Source: Yuukianura sp. NJ FZ-2021
Lineage: Eukaryota
Length of the DNA stretch: 64,000 nt
Assembly: GCA_046563655.1 (NCBI GenBank)
Contig: CM102290.1
Span: 9,238,001 to 9,302,000 of the forward strand
Direction: 5' to 3'
A program made the position numbers and the translations under genes. Each line of letters starts with the position of its first letter. Within the stretch, counting starts at the first letter, position 1. The notes under the pieces are model-generated. The model was given only the letters and a program-made list of their open reading frames with translations, searched no databases and was not told where the DNA came from. Positions 13,138-26,700 of this stretch are shown piece after piece.

Positions 13138-14024
13138 ATGGATCTCACAAGTGAAACCGGTGGTTTGACTAATCTAGTCGAAACCATAACTAAGAAATTG
13201 GAGTCACAAGTTGACGCTGAACTGGAACTGCTTGATCTCAGGCCAGATGAAGAGGAACTGATGGCCTTGAGGACTGCTAAACTCAAAGTCATGAAGGAAC
13301 GGAAAGCCAGTGAAGAGAAGTGGATCCAAGCGGTGAGTTAATGACCTCTACAATGAGGTCAATTGTATTTTAAATGTAAACCTAACTAAACTATGTTATT
13401 TTCATGCTTTCTTTTCTCATAGGGTCACGGTGTATATTCGGAACTGTCGAGTGAAAAAGACTTCTTTGCTGCATGTACGGCGTCAGACAAAGTCGTGGCC
13501 CACTTCTACCGACGAACGTCGTTTCGATGTGACATAGTCGACGCTCACCTTAAAAAACTCGCAGGGCTCCATTTGGAAACTAAATTCATTAAGCTAAATG
13601 CAGACAAGGCTCCATTCCTAGCTGGTGTGTGAGAAATTTATGGGCGTTAAAGATTTAGATCATGTTAGAATGGCGTGCTAAGTTTGCTTAATTTCGTTGA
13701 AATTATGTGGTATTGTTATGAGTTGACATTTTTTTAACAGATAAGTTGAACATCAAGGTCATTCCAACAATTCTGATTTGCTTGGGCGGAATCGTCGTGG
13801 ATCGAATCATTGGTTTCACGTCCCTCGGCAACTCCGATTCCTTTTCTACGGAAATGCTCGAATGGAGACTCGGAATTGCAAATGGATTGGACTACACTGG
13901 AGACAAGAATCACCCGCCAGAGGGAAGCGACCAGAAGCAAAAAGCGTTTAATTTGAAACATGCCAAGAAAACTGTGCGTGATGGCAGTGAACACAGTAGT
14001 AGTAGCGACAACGACGAAAATTAA
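13138..14024 (+). CDS. TXNDC9: Thioredoxin domain-containing protein 9 / phosducin-like 3; exons 13138-13332, 13423-13624, 13741-14024
   Basis: Spliced product GHGVYSELSSEKDFF..VVAHFYR..FRCDIVDAHLKKLA.LHLETKFIKLNADKAPFLADKLNIKVIPT..DRIIGFTSLGNSDSFSTEMLEWRL. Confidence 0.93.
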
Positions 14025-15490
14025 GTATCTGCTAAACCTATGAGTACTCTTTGCCTAAATGTGTGACAACTGGCAACTAAAAATGTTATTTCCAATTGTT
14101 GTTCCAATTTACAACTAACTGCGACTGCGCTTAACTGTTGCATTACTCAATGGTGCTTGCATCCGAACTGTAATCACATTCGCACAAAATTATTCCTAAA
14201 TCCTACAATGTTTCTTACAATGATTATAATGCAGGTAGGGCTTGGGTCACAGTGAATGTGGTTTGCCCTTCTTGTTAGTTAACTACGTTAGCATTCAGTG
14301 AGGTGGATTTTAAAAGTCTGTTAAAAATTTCAACAATCAAGACAGAATTTTCTAAGCAGAAAATGATTCAGAATGTTTCCAAGATCACGGAAAGTTGAAA
14401 ATAGAGGAAAATTGGTTTCTAAAATACACCAAAAGTAGCTTTCAGTAGACAAATTTAATGTCAATACTGTGAAAATAAATTTTGGTTGGAACCGAGAAAT
14501 TACTTTGATAGAAAGGCCCCCTACCTCTTTTTTTTTCATGTCAAAGTATTCAAAGATCCAAACGAGAAAATGCGAAGAAGAATTTTTTCGGATAAAGTTC
14601 GAAAATGAGTTTGAGCTTCATAAGACATGATAAAAGGAAAGAAGGCTTATTAAATCAAAACTTTGACTCGTTTTTCAGATGAAGCTGATGCGATTCCATG
14701 CATTTTTCGGAGCCCTACAAATAATTCAAAGTTGTCCAGAGGGACACTGAGTCTTAGCGAAGAAATCTTGTAAAATTGTGTGACCGTTGACCTTTGTGGT
14801 ATTCTTGGAGTCTTTGTTAAGTGAATAACCGGACTTTGCCAATCTGTTCGTTACTTCCAATTCAAGAAACTAGGAGAGAGGTAAAGGAAAGGATCGATTT
14901 CCGTGTTACTTTCCACGGAACGCAAACTCCGCAGGGCGCGTTGTGTACGGAGTGACTCGACTCGGACTGTGAAATAAATCCAGCTTTCTCCACTTCCTTT
15001 CCCCCTTTCCGTTTCAGGAATTGATTGGCAGCCTCACAAAAAGTCAGTCTTAACCTAACCGAATGTCCCTAGTATTCAAGGGGATCCACAAAATACCCCC
15101 TTCAGTTCGTGTCTCCATCCCACCGAGGTCACACTTCACCTGAATTCCACTTAACCACCGCATCACTCTTCACTTCATTCAGTCGACAACCACAGAGTCA
15201 CTGTCACTTATACCAACTCAAAGTGAATTTAAAGTTAGACTCTCGGCGGACATATCCTACTCAAAACATAGTTTTTTTTACTTTCACCAACAACATTAAG
15301 TGTCTCTGTTAACTTATGCAAAGAGTTGCTTTAGTGACTTGGGTGTTGGCATTCAACAGGTAGCTGGAGGACTTGCGTCTGACCCTGCGCAGAGCCTTGC
15401 GCTGTACATCTTCCTCTTCCATTGATGACCTCTGCGGTGGTCATGAGCAGGGGTCAAGCAGTAAAGTGAGTAATGGAGCATGGGTTTTGA

Positions 15491-18400
15491 ATGGGGTCGA
15501 AGCGGGGACAAGGCAGAAAGGAAGGAAACACTGCATTTAGTTCCCCACCACCCCCACGGATACGCCATCCGTTGGAAGAAAACATCTTTACGAGTCTCCT
15601 CATAACTATCGTAGCAGTACTTATTTCGGTTGTAGGCGGACTTCCACTACTGCTCTTTGCTGGAGCTCTACTACTACTGGCTCTGGGAATTCGTTATGTA
15701 CTGCTCACCATCCATGGCCTCGCTACAGCAATTGCTTTCATTTGCACAAATCGAATCAGAAATACTCCACCAGATCGAACATCACCACCACTCATACCGC
15801 GAAACAGGTAAACCATAACGTCAAATTGGAAACAAAGGCGACAGAAGTCTGCGAGAAGTAACCATAATCGTACATTTTTTCAAATTTTTCAAGTTGACTG
15901 AATTTTAGAAATTTTCTTTTTGTAAAAATTTTAAACTAACCTCGAAACCGGTTTGGTGCAGAAAGGACGCGTACCATTAAAAGTTTCGGTGTTTGTTTGA
16001 ACAACTCAAACTAGTCAAAAATATTCCAATTTGAAGCAACGGGAATCGATTATTAGTTTTTCTGATTTTCGTTTTTCTGAACTTAGAAATGTTGAAACAT
16101 GGAGAGACTTTGTTACTTAATGGCATATTTAATTTCCTAGACTTGCCCCTGGAAACGACGTCCGGTGGATTGGCAGTGGTGGGCTCAAGTCCAGTCTTCA
16201 ACCGATTATGCAAACACTGCTTCTACTCGAAGGTTCCATCCAACTACAGCAACTGCGTACACTTCTGGTTACGAGAGTACTCGGAGCTACAGCCAATGGT
16301 GGACTAATCTACCCGCGACTAACGCAGAAGTTAGTCTCTCGCCTCGGCGGATTTGTTTGGGAAACAGATCCAGAATTTGCAATTCAAAATCATGTTTTCG
16401 CTGGACCCACCTCTCTCGAGGGGGAAGAAGACGTTCAATCCTATGTGGGGAATCTATTCAAAGAAGAACTTGACCCGAACCGACCTCTGTGGGAACTAAG
16501 ACTACTCGTGCCCTACGGACCCTTGAAGGACTCCCTCTTATTGGTACGAACACATATGGCCTTGGCAGACGGCTCGTCTCTTCTTAGGATTTTGACAGAG
16601 GCTCTTGCAGATCGTCAAAATCTGCAACCTATGCTCAAACCTACGTTTGGAGCTGCCGCCTTCTCATTTAACTTGCTGCGATCTTTAATAGTGGGACCTC
16701 TGACGCTTGCCCTTTGGCTTTTTACGACAAGCAAAGATTCAAATCCCATTAGACATGTGCCCAAGAGGGAAATTAACAGTGAAAAGAGAAAAGAGGAGAG
16801 TGATACTTGGCAAGTTGCTTGGTCGGCAGCACTTTCCGTTCCACAAGTTTCCAGGGTCAAACAAATTATGAGAAGTTCATTCAACGATGTTCTACTGTCA
16901 GCCACTGCAGGTAAATTTAAACAAGATTCAATTAATTGAATTAAAAATTTCCATTTAAATTAAGGATTTCACCTTCTGCATTTTCCTGTTTGTAGGAAGC
17001 ATGCGAAAATTTCTGCAAGAGCAGGGAATTTCGTACCCGCCTAACCTCAAGGTTAGTATGTCAACAAATGTAGTTTTTTCTAGGAATTCTTGTATAAAAA
17101 AGTTAGCTAACTCTAAAGAAATTTCCAGGCAGTGGTTCCTGTAGATCTGAGAAGCACTTCGCCCGGTCCAAAACGCCAGCGTAAGCGCCTGGGCTGGAAA
17201 GCCGCTTCCATTCTCACTCCACTTCCAACGGGACTTGAAGGTGCCATTCCACGACTGTGGGCCACGCGACAGCGATTGGACGAAGTGAGAGCTTCGGCTG
17301 ATCCCGTCGTCGCCTACGGAACCACTGCCATCCTCATGAACATTCTTCCACAACCAATTGGTGCCGCCATTTTGGATTCCATTACGAATAAGGTCAGATA
17401 ACCCTCAAAGAGTTAAGCCCAAGGCACATAGGGCTCAAAACTGCAAACTTCAACTGCACTGTTGCTGTTTGCAGTTCCTGCTTTGCCTGCAACCCACACC
17501 AGCCTAAACTGAAACTACAAACTGGAGTAATGGCGACAAATTAAAACTGCAGAAAAAGTGAAGTTTAGCTGAGCTAGCTTCACTTTTTCTGCCGTCGCGA
17601 CAAGAACAGCGGAATTGCAGTTGCAGTATGGCTTGAAAACTGCAACTACAACTTGTAGTTGGTGAAAGTCGACTTGTACTAGCTAACTACAGCTGCTCCA
17701 ACCTGCACAGAGTGCAGTTTAGTGTAGTGTGGCTTGGATACTAAAATCAGCAACTGTGCGGTTGTGGTTTGCCGTTGCAGTTTTGAGCCTGTGTGTCTTG
17801 GGCTTTAGGTTTAACCTTAACCTGATAGTAACCGTTGACCAGCGTTAATTTTTGTCCTGTTCTGTAACCTACAGGCCTCTGTCCAAGTCGCCAGTGCTCA
17901 GGGCCCACAGGCCTTGATGGGACTGGGTGGGTTCGTGCTGAAGGGGATTTACCCGTTTGTGCCGCCCCCTGGTGAACTCCGACTCGCTCTTACCCTGTTT
18001 TCTTACGCTGATCAAGTCCATATCACAGCACTTGCTCACCCCTCACTCAAAGACGCTCCAGCCGCCCTGCTGAAGGGTATCAATATTCAGGTTCAAAGGA
18101 TTGTCGTAGAAACTCTTAGATTAATAATTGATCAGCGCTAACGTCTTTTTAGTCCTTTAGAAGAAAAATGTCATGTTTCTTTGTAACTAACATCTCGGAA
18201 GTTCCACTTTAGCATGCTAAAGTCTCTTATTGTTCCAGATGGATCAACTTTCGAGGCAACTTTCTCAGAGAAAAGTTCCTGGAGAAAGTCGGAGACTCAA
18301 CAGACAGGCAACGACGACGCTCACTGACATCCAAACCCCTCCGACACACCAAGTATCACCGACCATTAATCTTTCAAACTCCAATCAGTCATTGCCTAAA

Positions 18401-18931
18401 GTTCTAACTTTTGTCCTTTCAGCTCCATGTTAAGTTGCAAGTTGTCCAGGAAGAGCTCCAACACATTGCGGCACGAGGCAAGGAGGAGGAAGATACACGA
18501 CCGCAGCAGTTGTCCATGTCCACTAGGCTGAACTCGCTGAAAAACGAATACACGGAGCTAATGGGAGAACTGAAGAGGAGGACTTCCATTGTCGAAGGAG
18601 TTTACTTTGAGGTTAACAATAGTTATTAGTTATTTTTTAGTCACTTCGGGTTAGATACTTGTTACTCTAGGTCAAAACATTTGAACAAATACTTTTCCGC
18701 GGATTTGAATTTTAGGACGAGGAAATGGTAGAGGAGTTTCGAAAACCTCGTAAACGAGCTCTGTCGGTGGTTTCCGTATCCCGTCGGAACAGTCTATTTC
18801 CGCCAGGAAGAACTTTGCAACCTTCCGAATCACTCGTATCTCTTTCCGAAGGGTCCCCATCTCCACCGCTGCACACAAGAAACGTTGGACCACCCCCACC
18901 CCGCTCACCCATTCGGACCACTGCAGTCTAA
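15491..18931 (+). CDS. Wax ester synthase/diacylglycerol acyltransferase (WS/DGAT)-family protein with an N-terminal TM segment; exons 15491-15807, 16141-16910, 16996-17051, 17129-17392, 17875-18090, 18239-18352, 18423-18611, 18716-18931
   Basis: Family motifs YPRL, W..DPEF.IQNHV, LDPNRPLWEL, HMALADG (HHxxxDG position), SFNDVLLSATAGSMRKFL, VPVDLR and FSYADQV; all introns are GT-AG and in phase. Confidence 0.85.
17416..17804. mobile_element. PIF/Harbinger (Tourist-like) MITE in a WS/DGAT intron
   Basis: TIRs AGCCCAAGGCACATAGGGCTCAAAACTGCAA / TTGCAGTTTTGAGCCTGTGTGTCTTGGGCT; TTA target-site duplication at 17413-17415 and 17805-17807. Confidence 0.85.
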
Positions 18932-19532
18932 ACAAACGGAAAATTCAACCTTAGCAGGCTACCGATGGACAATAAAACGATTAACTTACACAATCAACAA
19001 GAAATCTCTCGAATCTCAACTCAAAATCGACCACATATCTTTTCAATGAAATTAAAACTTCAAAAATATCCGTTTTGAATACAAAGTGTCCAATGCAATT
19101 CTCAAGTTTTATTTATGCTTGAATTATTCTTTTATGTTATTTAGGCACAAATTAAGCTAATCAATTCTGAAGCGATAAATCAAAATTGTGATTTGTGAAG
19201 TGATTGCTGTAAGTCAGCTTCGTTGATGTGAGATGCTGAAAAAGCGAAAAAAAAATTAATGGCCGGTGAAAGAAGACCATGACGACACACTTTTTAATCA
19301 AACAAAAGGTTTGGGCACTTTCAAATGCATGCGGAATGAAGTAATTACTTTTATAACTTAATATCTATCATGAAGTTTGTAACTTAGAATCTGGGACTAA
19401 AACCCAGAGAACGAGAAGGATTGACCGTTTCGCTTACAATTATTGTCAATGACACATTTGCTGTTGATTCCATTTTGACAAAATTTTTTTCTAAATTCTC
19501 AAGTAACAGTTAAATTTCAATTTCTGAATGAA

Positions 19533-21590
19533 ATGACGACGTGTGATTTTGTCTCCGGACTCGCTTCAGGTGAAATTCCAATGCCTTATTTCGTCTTTTT
19601 CGAGAAACTTAGCTTCAGTACAGCCTAGCATAATGCAGAATTTACTCCATTTTATTTAATTTATAGGCATGGCTAATGTCGTGGTGGGTCACCCATTTGA
19701 CACGGGTGAGTTACATAGTACAAAATCGGTTATGTAGCACGTCAGTAACTTCTCAGTAAACTTTTGTTTACGTTTAGTGAAAGTAAATGAGCAGATTCTA
19801 AATTCTGGAACTCTGAAAGCAATTAAAAGTATCTATTCATTGCATGGTGTTAGAGGTAAGAAACTCAGAAAATATTAACAATGATGTACAACGATTGTGA
19901 AATTTTGAATCAAATCTACGCAGGGTATTTCCGTGGCATTTTCTTCCCGCTGGTCACTTCTGGGTATCAGAACGCCATTTTCTTCAGTACTTATCAAATG
20001 ATCATGCATCGATTGAATGTGGACGAACGTAGACTCAAGATCCGACTGAGCCAAGATCATTCCATCCTTGGTCAAACGAAGCAACTAGAACAAGTAGTTA
20101 AGTGTTGATTTGAAGCTGAATGGGTTAAAGGTCAGTGTAATCCAGGCGTTTTACATTACACGTTTTCATTCCAGAAATCGGCCCGTCACTACCGAAATTG
20201 CTTTCTCGGAGTAAATACCAATCTAACCAACTTCTAGTGAATTTCAATTGACCTTGACCTAACTTTCCCTTGATGTTTATAGGGAGTTTGTGCTGGCGGT
20301 GTTCAATCGGTATTCGTTGGTCCAGTCGAAATGGTCAAGACTAATCTTCAAGCGACGAAGCATTCGACAGAAGGAAAGCCCCAATTCACAACGACTTTCT
20401 CAATGATTCGCTACTTGTATAAAGCCAATGGGCTTCGCACTTTCTATCAAGGCTACTCTGCTCTCGTGCTTAGGCAAGTTTAAAAAATCACTGTATTTCG
20501 CTAGCTTTGACATTGAAAGTCGTATTTGTTGCAATACTAAACGTTTAAGCTCAAAATTGTTTTGTTTCTCCAGGGACGTGCCGTCGTTTGGAGTTTATAT
20601 GAGTACTTACTCGATGCTCAAGGATTTAAAAATTTTCAGTAGCCGCTATTCAACTGGAAGCACCAAGTTTTTAGATCACTTCTTTTCCGGTGGGACTGCT
20701 GGAACTCTGGCTTGGTGGATCTCCATTCCACCAGACGTCCTTAAGTCCAAGATAGAGACAGATGACCCCCGCAGAAGGACATGGCCAGACCTCAGCTCAT
20801 GCGCAAAAGACATTTATAGGAAAAACGGATTGCGGGGGTAACAGAATAATTCTTTAATAAGTTGTTGAAGCATTAACGAAAAGTATTTTAAAATGAAATT
20901 TCCGAACAGATTCTTTGCTGGGTTCTGGACAATTTCCATTCGAGCGTTTCCAGTATGTGAATCTGGCGGCTTATATTCGGCAAAACGGCGCTTCGATTTT
21001 TTACGATTAAAATATTGTCTTATATCAATTTTTGGGTGTAGATTCCGAATCTGAAATCCGTTTTTGGCGGTCACACCTCCTTCTTGGTAAGATTAATTAA
21101 TTAAGATTCTAATTAACAGTGTGAATTTGATAAACAGAATGAGAATTTGTGGTGTAACCAATGGAAACCAAGGATTGTTGTTTGTTATATCTCCGCGCCG
21201 AAGGCGCGCGTTAGGTTTGGTTAGCATATAACAACAATAAATTCGAATCTCCATTGGTTACACACTCATTCTGCATGTGAAATGCATACACTGTTAATTA
21301 AAATCTTAATTAATTAATCTTACCAGGAAGGAGGTGTGACCGCCAAAAACGGATTTCAGATTCGGAATCTACACCCAAAAATTGATATAAAATGATATTT
21401 TAATCGTAAAAAATCGAAGCGCCGTTTTGCCGAATTTGTTCCAATCTGGCTAGCGTCAATTGAATTGGTTTGTTACAAAGCAAAGCTGTTCTAAAAAAAA
21501 TTTCTTGTTCAGGTTAACGGTGCTGTTTTCATGGCTTATGAATTCGCTCGAAAAGTTTGCAAAAACTTAGACGTGGATGGTGCTAAATAA
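19533..21590 (+). CDS. Mitochondrial carrier of the SLC25A45/48/29-like group, multi-exon
   Basis: MTTCDFVSGLASG..GHPFDTVKV; three Px[DE]xxK signatures (PFDTVK, PVEMVK, PPDVLK); RDVPSFGVY; RAFP|VNGAVFMAYE; stop TAA at 21588-21590. One GC-AG intron (20474-20573). Confidence 0.9.
20975..21435. mobile_element. Foldback/MITE-like element with ~150-bp near-perfect inverted arms in the last intron of the SLC25 gene
   Basis: ATTCGGCAAAACGGCGCTTCGATTTTTTACG... is mirrored by ...CGTAAAAAATCGAAGCGCCGTTTTGCCGAAT; nested inner IR TGTAACCAATGGA/TCCATTGGTTACA. Confidence 0.85.
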
Positions 21591-23791
21591 ATTTTAAAAG
21601 CTGAAATTGTGAATTAAAACTGCGAAATAGAAATTAATAATTTTAGAAAAAGTTGTTCTGAAATTAAGTTCAAAAAAGTAGTTATAAGAAGTTGAACTTG
21701 GCGTCTTTCCAGTGAACTCTAGTGAAGAAACTCTTGAACTAAAAAAAGTGTTGCGTTCAAGCTGAGAGGTGGCGGTCCGGAGGAATTTCTGCGTTGATAA
21801 ACTATGCCTTTTTTAACTCCTTTGAATTTGAAATTTTGAATGTCAATTACTTTGTTAAAATTAGGTTTAATTGCAAATTAGCGACGTTAACCTTAAATTT
21901 AACAGATACACAGGTCTCGCTATATCACTGTAATTCTGAATTGAGTCAAGTATCGTTACTCATGGCTTGTGGAAAGTCAAGATTCGGGTTTTTATTAATC
22001 ATCGCTGTCATGTCGTCGATAAATCGTAACAGATCCATCCCGCCTATTTCACCCGCTCAAACACTTCGGACAAAGGTCACAGAAGAAGCTGATGATGATG
22101 AGAGTAAGGAAGAAGTATTGCATCAACTGATTGCAGTATACGTTTCGTTCTTGTCCTATCCTGACATTAATTGTTTCGTTCAAAGGTATTTGTTCTTAAG
22201 GCGAATCTTAATTCTTAATATCAGTAGAATTTGTGAAAATCTAAATTAGTTCATCTTTTAAGGACTTTCGTTCCATGAGATCAAGGCGAAGACGACGTTT
22301 CATCTAACAATAGCTACTAATTACTGGTACGCAGCTACCGCAAATCGTAGTATCATCAAGCACCTTCGCTCGGAGCGCTGTGGACTTTTGATTATCGTAA
22401 GTTGAATTGACTCTCGGTTAGTTGTCGTTCTGGGCGTAATCAATTCATTCTTTTAAGGTAGAAGGCGTCGCAAAAGTCAGTCGGAGTCATAGTTTGGTAT
22501 TTTCTGTTTCTGGTAAGTAACTGTAAAAGGGAGAGCCATCGTACTTCCATGTTTCTCGTTCTTGTGCTAACTTGTCTTCTTGGTTCGTGTTTATGAGTAG
22601 AGGATTCTTGAACTTTGCTTTTAGTACATGTTTAAACAGGCGCGGTTGTACTACCCTACTATTATGGACTACATTCAAAGAGTTGTAACGTAAATCGTAT
22701 GATGTGTGCTTAATACACTGGGTCCGTTTGTTTTCCAGGTCGCTGGCAGTGCGACGTCGTCTCTTGGGATTTGGATGCCAAACCTAGGCCTCATTTTGGC
22801 TTAAGTAAAGGACGAATAAACCCCAACAACGCTCGACTAGCCCAATCGATGGTTCATGTCAGGACACAAGCATTGCAAGCATTGAGCAGTATCAACGAGG
22901 GAAGGAGGTGAATGGTCTCTGCGTTCTGGAAATGGCAACTTTCCCTACCTCCACCCCCACAACTTAAGTTACAACGAAGCAGAGATTTTGGATTTGCATG
23001 AGCTCTGGGAGAGTTGCCTGCGGGTGGGGGCAACTGAGGTCGTTCTATTCGGCTTCGTCTTCATCGACGCTTCAAACAGCTTGGCTTTGGACGAGTTCAT
23101 GAGCTCCCGTAAACTGTAGTCCCAGGGAACCAAGTAACGCTACATTCGACTCATCGCAAGAAGGGGGATCTTCCATCGAACACATACAATAATTCCATCT
23201 CCCCTTCCCTATTGTAGTGTTCGAGTGGGGCTGGGCTCTCTACCACCACTTACTAGAGGGAAAAGAACTAATCATACCTTTTGGGCTTCGAGGATTTTAG
23301 TCTGAAGTTTCCAAGTGAGAAGTTAGTTGGACTCTCTGATCCTCGCTCTGCTTCATATACTGTTGTCCCAGAAGAACGCAAAACTACGTCTTCTGAGAGT
23401 AGAAGCGGAGGCGGACTGGAAGACCCAGCAGGATTTTAAGTCAACGTCTGTTTTTAGGAGGGAGAATTTGGCAACCGACAACTCTCAATCATAAGGCTAC
23501 GAAACATCGAACATCGGAGGTTTCCGTGACCAGGAGTCATCATCATCTCTCAATTCTTCTAGTTTCGCTTCTAGTGTCAAATCATAGTGTCAACAATTTT
23601 TGTAAACCTTCGTGGCGGACTTGTCAAGGTGGATCAGAATCTACTGTGTCATTCCCAAAGTGTCTCATCCGTTCACTATTTGAATCAAGACGAGTGAGCT
23701 GGCTGAAAAGGGGGAATCCCTTGGTGGCAATTGCGGCGGATCGTCAGGGGAGGGGAGCGACAATTCAGATGTGGGTACTGAGGACAACAGA

Positions 23792-26700
23792 ATGACTGCC
23801 CGTGTTTACTGCAGTTCACCCAATACCAACAACAGTTTCTTAGAGCGACTCACTGCCAATAATTCTGCCGTGTCAACATCAGAACAGGACCTTCAGCGTC
23901 TCCGTGCCCCTGTTCCAGCTGCCGTAGTAGCCACAGCCACAGTTCCAGCCCAAGACATGAGTTTCTACGGAAGTGGTTTCGAGGATAGTGACAATTCAGA
24001 AGCGATTTTGGCTCGCCGTCGAAACGTTTCCAGGAACTTATTTGGAGTGCCAAGCGCAGCCACTGCTGAATATGCCAGAAACAAATTGAAAGAGATGCTT
24101 CAAAAGGAATCAGCACGTTGGAACTTTGATTTCGAGGCCGAGAAACCGCTCCCTGGAAGGTAAACAAACAACTTTCGTACTCTTTTACTTAAGTTGTGCC
24201 TTAAGTTAATCTGTTTTAACTTTTTTCTCTTCCTTATCTGCTGAGGACATTACCAAATTGATGATACCTACTGTACCAGTTAGATTAGATCTGGATTGAT
24301 CATCACCTAATTGAGATGATTAATTGATAGAGACAGATTAAGAATTCGTTGGGGGCCATGATACTTGAAAGTAGAGTCCTTGTGGTTGGTGGTTTAGTAG
24401 TGGGATAGTGGATTGAGATTATAAAGTCATGAGGACTATTGGCACCCTCCTCCGTTTGTGATCTGTGGTCGTGGGTGGGTTAACTAGGTTTCAAGATTAG
24501 GGATTATATTTTAAGGACTTGAGGGAGGATGCTAATATTAAAGACTATCAAAGCTCTTAACTATAATCTTAATCTCTGGCAATGAAACTGGACTTTTGTG
24601 TCTTGTGCGGACTGACCTCCTCTAACTCCCCTTCCAGCAATTGAATAACAGTTGCCAGCATCAGTTTAATAGGGAAGTTGACTTGACACTTTCTGCCAAC
24701 TTTGGTTCTCTAATGTCTAAACTCTAATGTCTTTTGCATAAGCCAAATTGATTTCACTTTCGTTTCATGTGCCATGCCAGGACTTCCGGGCCTGTAGCCC
24801 TAAAGGTCATTGGCCAGACATTTAATCCCTTCCTGTCATTTCTTTTCAGAAAAATCTTAGAAAAAGTAAAACTTATATTTCCTTTGTCCATCCTAATATT
24901 GTCATTCGGCACTTACTTACTGGCCTACGAGGCCCCTTCAAACGCGGGGGCGGAAGCCCTTTTCCATTTTCGGACTTAGCAGAACTTAAGAAAGTGTAGA
25001 GAAAGGCTTGGGAGAGTTGAATGACCTCCACCTCTGAGGTGTTGAAGAAAGTAACATAACAATGGGAATAAGTTGGCGGTGGACAGGGTCTTTGTTATGG
25101 TTGGGTAGACAGTTGAAACCATCATGCATACATCGACTTTTTGACGTTTTTTGGCTAAAAAGGAAGTTTGGTGTGAAGGGGCCTGAGGGGTTAAGACCAA
25201 GGAGCGGCGGGGGGACTTACAACTTAAAACGTCGAAGTCAAACTTGAACTGAAAACGTCAAAACCTTTGAAGTTTTGAAGTTGGTGGCCCTCTCTTCCTA
25301 GAAAGTCAATTTCCTATGGCTTTCTTGGTTTCCCTTTCCTCTTTCCTTGATATCAAAGTGTCACAATTAAGTCGACGTCCTTTCCTTGTTGCGAACACGC
25401 GTAGAACTCCCTTTAATTGGACCTAACTTCATTGTAAATGGTGTGGAAATGTTAGTTTAGTTTAAGGTACCTCCGTCATGCCTGTAATTTCTGTCATAAC
25501 TTTTAGGCATGGTTGCGGTTAGTTTCGGTTAATGGTTCGGCAGTATTTAAATCTGATTTAAAGGCCACCAGAGAAACAGGCATGGGAGTTAAATATATAG
25601 TCAGCGATGAGTCATTCAGAATTGTAGAACAGCGAGTGAGATGAATTTGATGTCAATTTCAAGTTCCAAGAACGACGTAATTTCTGGATAAAAACACGAG
25701 CTAGAACTTTTCGTGTGGCTTGCGTACAATGTGGCAGCTGCGTTTGGTTTAGTCATAAACATGAAGACTTTGGAAGATTTGGTGTTGCTTTTCACAGTGT
25801 CGAGTATCATCTTCTGAGTTCTAGAGGCTCACTTTTACTATGTTAGGAAGAACAAATGTTTTCCTGTCACAAGATGAAAATTTGATAACAAGTAAGTTTG
25901 TGAATTTGAAACAGGAAGGACAAGTCACTTAGCTAGTTCAGATGAAGGTGCGCTATGTATGGTTTGAACCGACCAGGAAATTATTCGCACAAAAAAAAAG
26001 ACTTGAATAAGCATAATGGTATTTGACACAAAGAATAGCATGGCGCGTGTTTGCCATTTTAAACATAAGTTTTCTTATGTTTGGTTCATGGGTATCACTA
26101 AAATAACTAACTTGTTTTCATTGTAATTTCAGGTTTCAGTGGCAGCCCGTTGAAGGTGCAAGAAATCCGCTGCCAGTAGCTGCCTCGGCAGCACCGAAGC
26201 CTCCGCAAACGGTTGTTGTCCATGCGCAACCACAAGAACCACCGTCGAAATCAGGTCCCACGCAGCCCAAGCAACGACGTGTCGAGTCTAAAGAGTCTCG
26301 CCCCAGCTCCATTCGTGACCCACTTCTGGTCGTCAGCTCAGCATCAGTAGAAACAGTCGAAATTAGCCTTAACGCGGACAACCTTCGACGAAAATATCCA
26401 ACAACCGCGACCAGCACAACAACAACAACAACGACGTCTACGTCTGGCGCTAGGACTTCTAGTACTAAACCGCTTTTCCCACCGAAAACAGGAAGTTCTT
26501 CTGGAGGAGAGTCCACTCCGCCCCCGTCCCCACCGCAACTCAATTCGATGATTCCAGCAACGGTTCTTGTGACAGCCACGGCGGTGGATCCACTAGACGA
26601 TGCTGCAAGGAAATACTTGAGTACCGACAGTGGTAGAAGGAAAGAGAAACAAATGAAAATTACCAGTAAGTTGACTACTGAATGCAATTATTGATCATAA

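Noticed and set aside
26136..26687. 183-aa minus-strand ORF
   Set aside because: Antisense shadow of dacapo exon 2.
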